Source: an uncultured Actinomycetes bacterium (GTDB taxonomy: Bacteria > Actinomycetota > Thermoleophilia > Gaiellales > JAICJC01). From it: 64,000 nt of DNA. The stretch covers positions 72,725 to 136,724 of the forward strand of contig CAWGEC010000012.1 in NCBI GenBank assembly GCA_963821535.1, written 5' to 3'. A model generated the notes under the pieces. It made no database searches. It was not told the origin of the DNA and worked only from the letters and a program-made list of their open reading frames with translations. Shown in pieces: positions 62,254 through 64,000 of the stretch (positions are counted from its first letter, which is position 1; every line of letters starts with the position of its first letter). The translations under genes were made by a program, and so were the position numbers.

Positions 62254-63029
62254 GCCACCAGCAGCCCACCCGGCCGCAGCAGCTCGACGACCGCCGGCGC
62301 GGCCTCCGGCGCCGCGGCCCAGGACCTCTGTCTGCGTGCCCTCGTCCACCGGGAGACCAGCCGCAGCTTCTCGACGCCCTGCTGCGCCCCGCTCCGGCGA
62401 GCGCGTCTCGACCGGCTTCTTCTTGGCCCGCAGGCGGCCCGGCACCGACGGGTAGCGCGGGCAGGTTGAGCCCCTCCTTCACCGTGACGACGGCCGGCAG
62501 CGGGACGCGGTAGACGTCGCGGCCGCCCGGCCACCTCCTGCTCGCAGCGAGCGCGCCGTCCTCGAGCGCGACGCGCCTTCACGCCCGTCACGCACGGCCG
62601 GGCGAGGGCGTGGGCGACGCGGATCCCGACCTGGTAGTTGCCGGCGTCGGCCGACTCGTTGCCGAAGAAGACGAGGTCGTACTCGGTGCCGGCCGCGCCG
62701 CTCGCGCGCGATCGCCTCGAGGATCGCCGCGCGCCGTGCGCCTGGCCGTCGAACTCGTCGTCGGCCAGGAGGTGGATCGCGCGGTCGATGCCCGAGCGCC
62801 ATCGCAGTCGCGCAGCTGCTCCTCGGCCTCGGGCGGGCCGAGCGTGAGCACGGTCGAGTCGCCGCCGTTCGCCTCGATCAGCCGCACGGCCTCCTCCACG
62901 CCGCACTCCTCGTGTGGGCTGATCGTGAACCCCAGGTGGCGGGTCTCGATCGCCTGCTCGTCGGCGGTGAGGACGATCGGCCGCCGGTCATCGGGACGCG
63001 CTTCACGCAGCAGAGGATGTTGAGCGCAC
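62250..63029 (-). pseudogene. etfB: electron transfer flavoprotein beta subunit, many frame changes
   Basis: Fragments: LNILCCVKRVPMTGG; IVLTADEQAIETRHLGFTISPHEECGVEEAVRLIEANGGDSTVLTLGPPEAEEQLRDC; GIDRAIHLLADDEFDG; GTEYDLVFFGNESADAGNYQVGIRVAHALARPCVTGVK; VVTVKEGLNLPRYPS..GRLRAKKKPVE. At least 6 switches. Confidence 0.7.
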
Positions 63030-64000
63030 TAGGAGCGGATCCGCGTCGTTCTCGGGGTCGAAGATCGGCGTCGGCCCGGCGATCGTCCACCGTCACCGGG
63101 TAGCGCTCGCCCAGGTACTCGCACCGAGAGCTCGGCCCCCACCGACCGCCTGCTCCGGCGGCAGGTAGGCCATCAGCAGGTGCTTGCCGATGGACGGCCC
63201 GGCGCCCGCGCTCGTCACGTACGACCGCCGCCCCCTCGCATCGGTCAGCGGCTTCCCGTCGCGGGTCTGGATCGGCTCGCGGCCCAGCATGTAGCGCTTG
63301 ACGCCGCTTCGGGACGTGTGGTCGTCGACCGTCAGCGTGCAGAGGATCGCGGCCGGCTCCTCCTCTCGGTGGCGCAGGTGCGCGTCGCGGCCGACGAAGT
63401 CCTCGTCCTTCACCTTCGGCCCCGACATGCCCGCCTCGACAACGTTGTACTCGGTCTCGAGCTCGAACCCGTAGGCCCGGTAGCACTTCTCGAGCCGGCC
63501 GGTGGTGCCGTAGACGCCGATCCCGACCGGCACGGCGCCGTGCGCCCGGCCGGCCTCCCAGAGGATGTCCCACAGCCGCGCGCCCTGCTCCATCGGCACG
63601 TAGAGCTCCCAGCCGAGGTCGCCCACGTAGGAGATCCGCGACGCGAGCACGCGCAGGGTGTCGATCTCGATCGTCGCGGCAGGCCGCGAACCGGAAGCCC
63701 TCGTGCGAGACGTCGTCGGAGGTGACCGACGCCAGGATGTCGCGGGCCCGCGGGCCCCACAGGCCGAGCGTCGTCCAGCCGGTGGTGACGTCGGAGAGCT
63801 GGGCCGTGCCGTCGGCCGGCAGGCGGTCGGTGAACCACTTCTTGTCGGCCGCGCCGTGGGCGCCGCCGGTGACGACCCGGAAGAGCTCCTCGTCGAGCCG
63901 CATGATCGTGAGGTCGGCCTTGAAGCCGCCGCCCGGGGACAGGATCGGCGTGTAGACGACCCGTCCGACCGGGACGTCCATCTGCCGCACCGCAACCCCC
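63029..64000 (-). pseudogene. C-terminal GcvT-like (aminomethyltransferase-fold) part of a dimethylglycine/sarcosine dehydrogenase-like flavoprotein; partial at window end, several frame changes
   Basis: GRVVYTPILSPGGGFKADLTIMRLDEELFRVVTGG...LGLWGPRARDIL...HEGFRFAACR / IEIDTLRVLASRISYVGDLGWELYVPMEQGARLWDIL...GRLEKCYRAYGFELETEYNVVEAGM...MLGREPI...GKHLLMAYLP / EYLGERYPVTV / PIFDPEND. Switches lie near 63690, 63140, 63125, 63085 and 63050. Confidence 0.7.

Overview
This 64 kb window is very GC-rich chromosomal DNA (about 70% GC by eye). Gene content, codon bias and many 4-nt ATGA/GTGA start-stop overlaps suggest an actinobacterium, but that assignment is an inference. I found no rRNA, tRNA or CRISPR array.

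Gene content, in order:
- a Zn/Mn-type metal ABC uptake operon with a divergent Fur/Zur-like regulator
- two paralogous secreted PLC/AcpA-type phosphoesterases, one interrupted by an IS481 transposase fragment and one carrying CBM4_9 and FN3 domains
- a PhnZ/MIOX-like HD protein, a Rieske oxygenase, a cold-shock protein and an orphan PAS histidine kinase
- a DUF218-GT2-YbjQ group and a three-domain LigD with no Ku gene nearby
- MsrA, and an amine or N-heterocycle catabolic island (TMADH/StcD-like flavoprotein, C45 peptidase, PuuD-like amidotransferase, xdh-like L-M-S genes)
- two GGDEF-EAL proteins
- a compact carbohydrate regulon built around a secreted GH114 endo-alpha-1,4-polygalactosaminidase (38.9-50.4 kb)
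- a form-I CO dehydrogenase coxMSL cluster followed by an XdhC-YHS fusion
- an EtfD-like/etfBA/dimethylglycine-dehydrogenase-like block running off the window end

Non-genic structure:
- A family of about 45-nt GC-rich double palindromes (REP-like) has 9 full copies and 2 half or degenerate copies. All sit at gene 3' ends and usually contain the stop codon itself.
- Two copies of an approximately 200-bp MITE-like element have 22-bp terminal inverted repeats. Their internal hairpin is preserved by three compensatory base-pair changes.

The most striking global property is a patchy and very high density of single-base frame disruptions. About 25 fall in 0.5-19.3 kb, 9 in 47.1-49.5 kb and roughly 20 or more in 59.3-64 kb. 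Three blocks of 10-13 kb between them are flawless apart from one indel at about 34262 and a possible one near 54400. From sequence alone I cannot separate consensus or assembly error from genuine pseudogenisation. Genes typed as pseudogene below should be read with that caveat.
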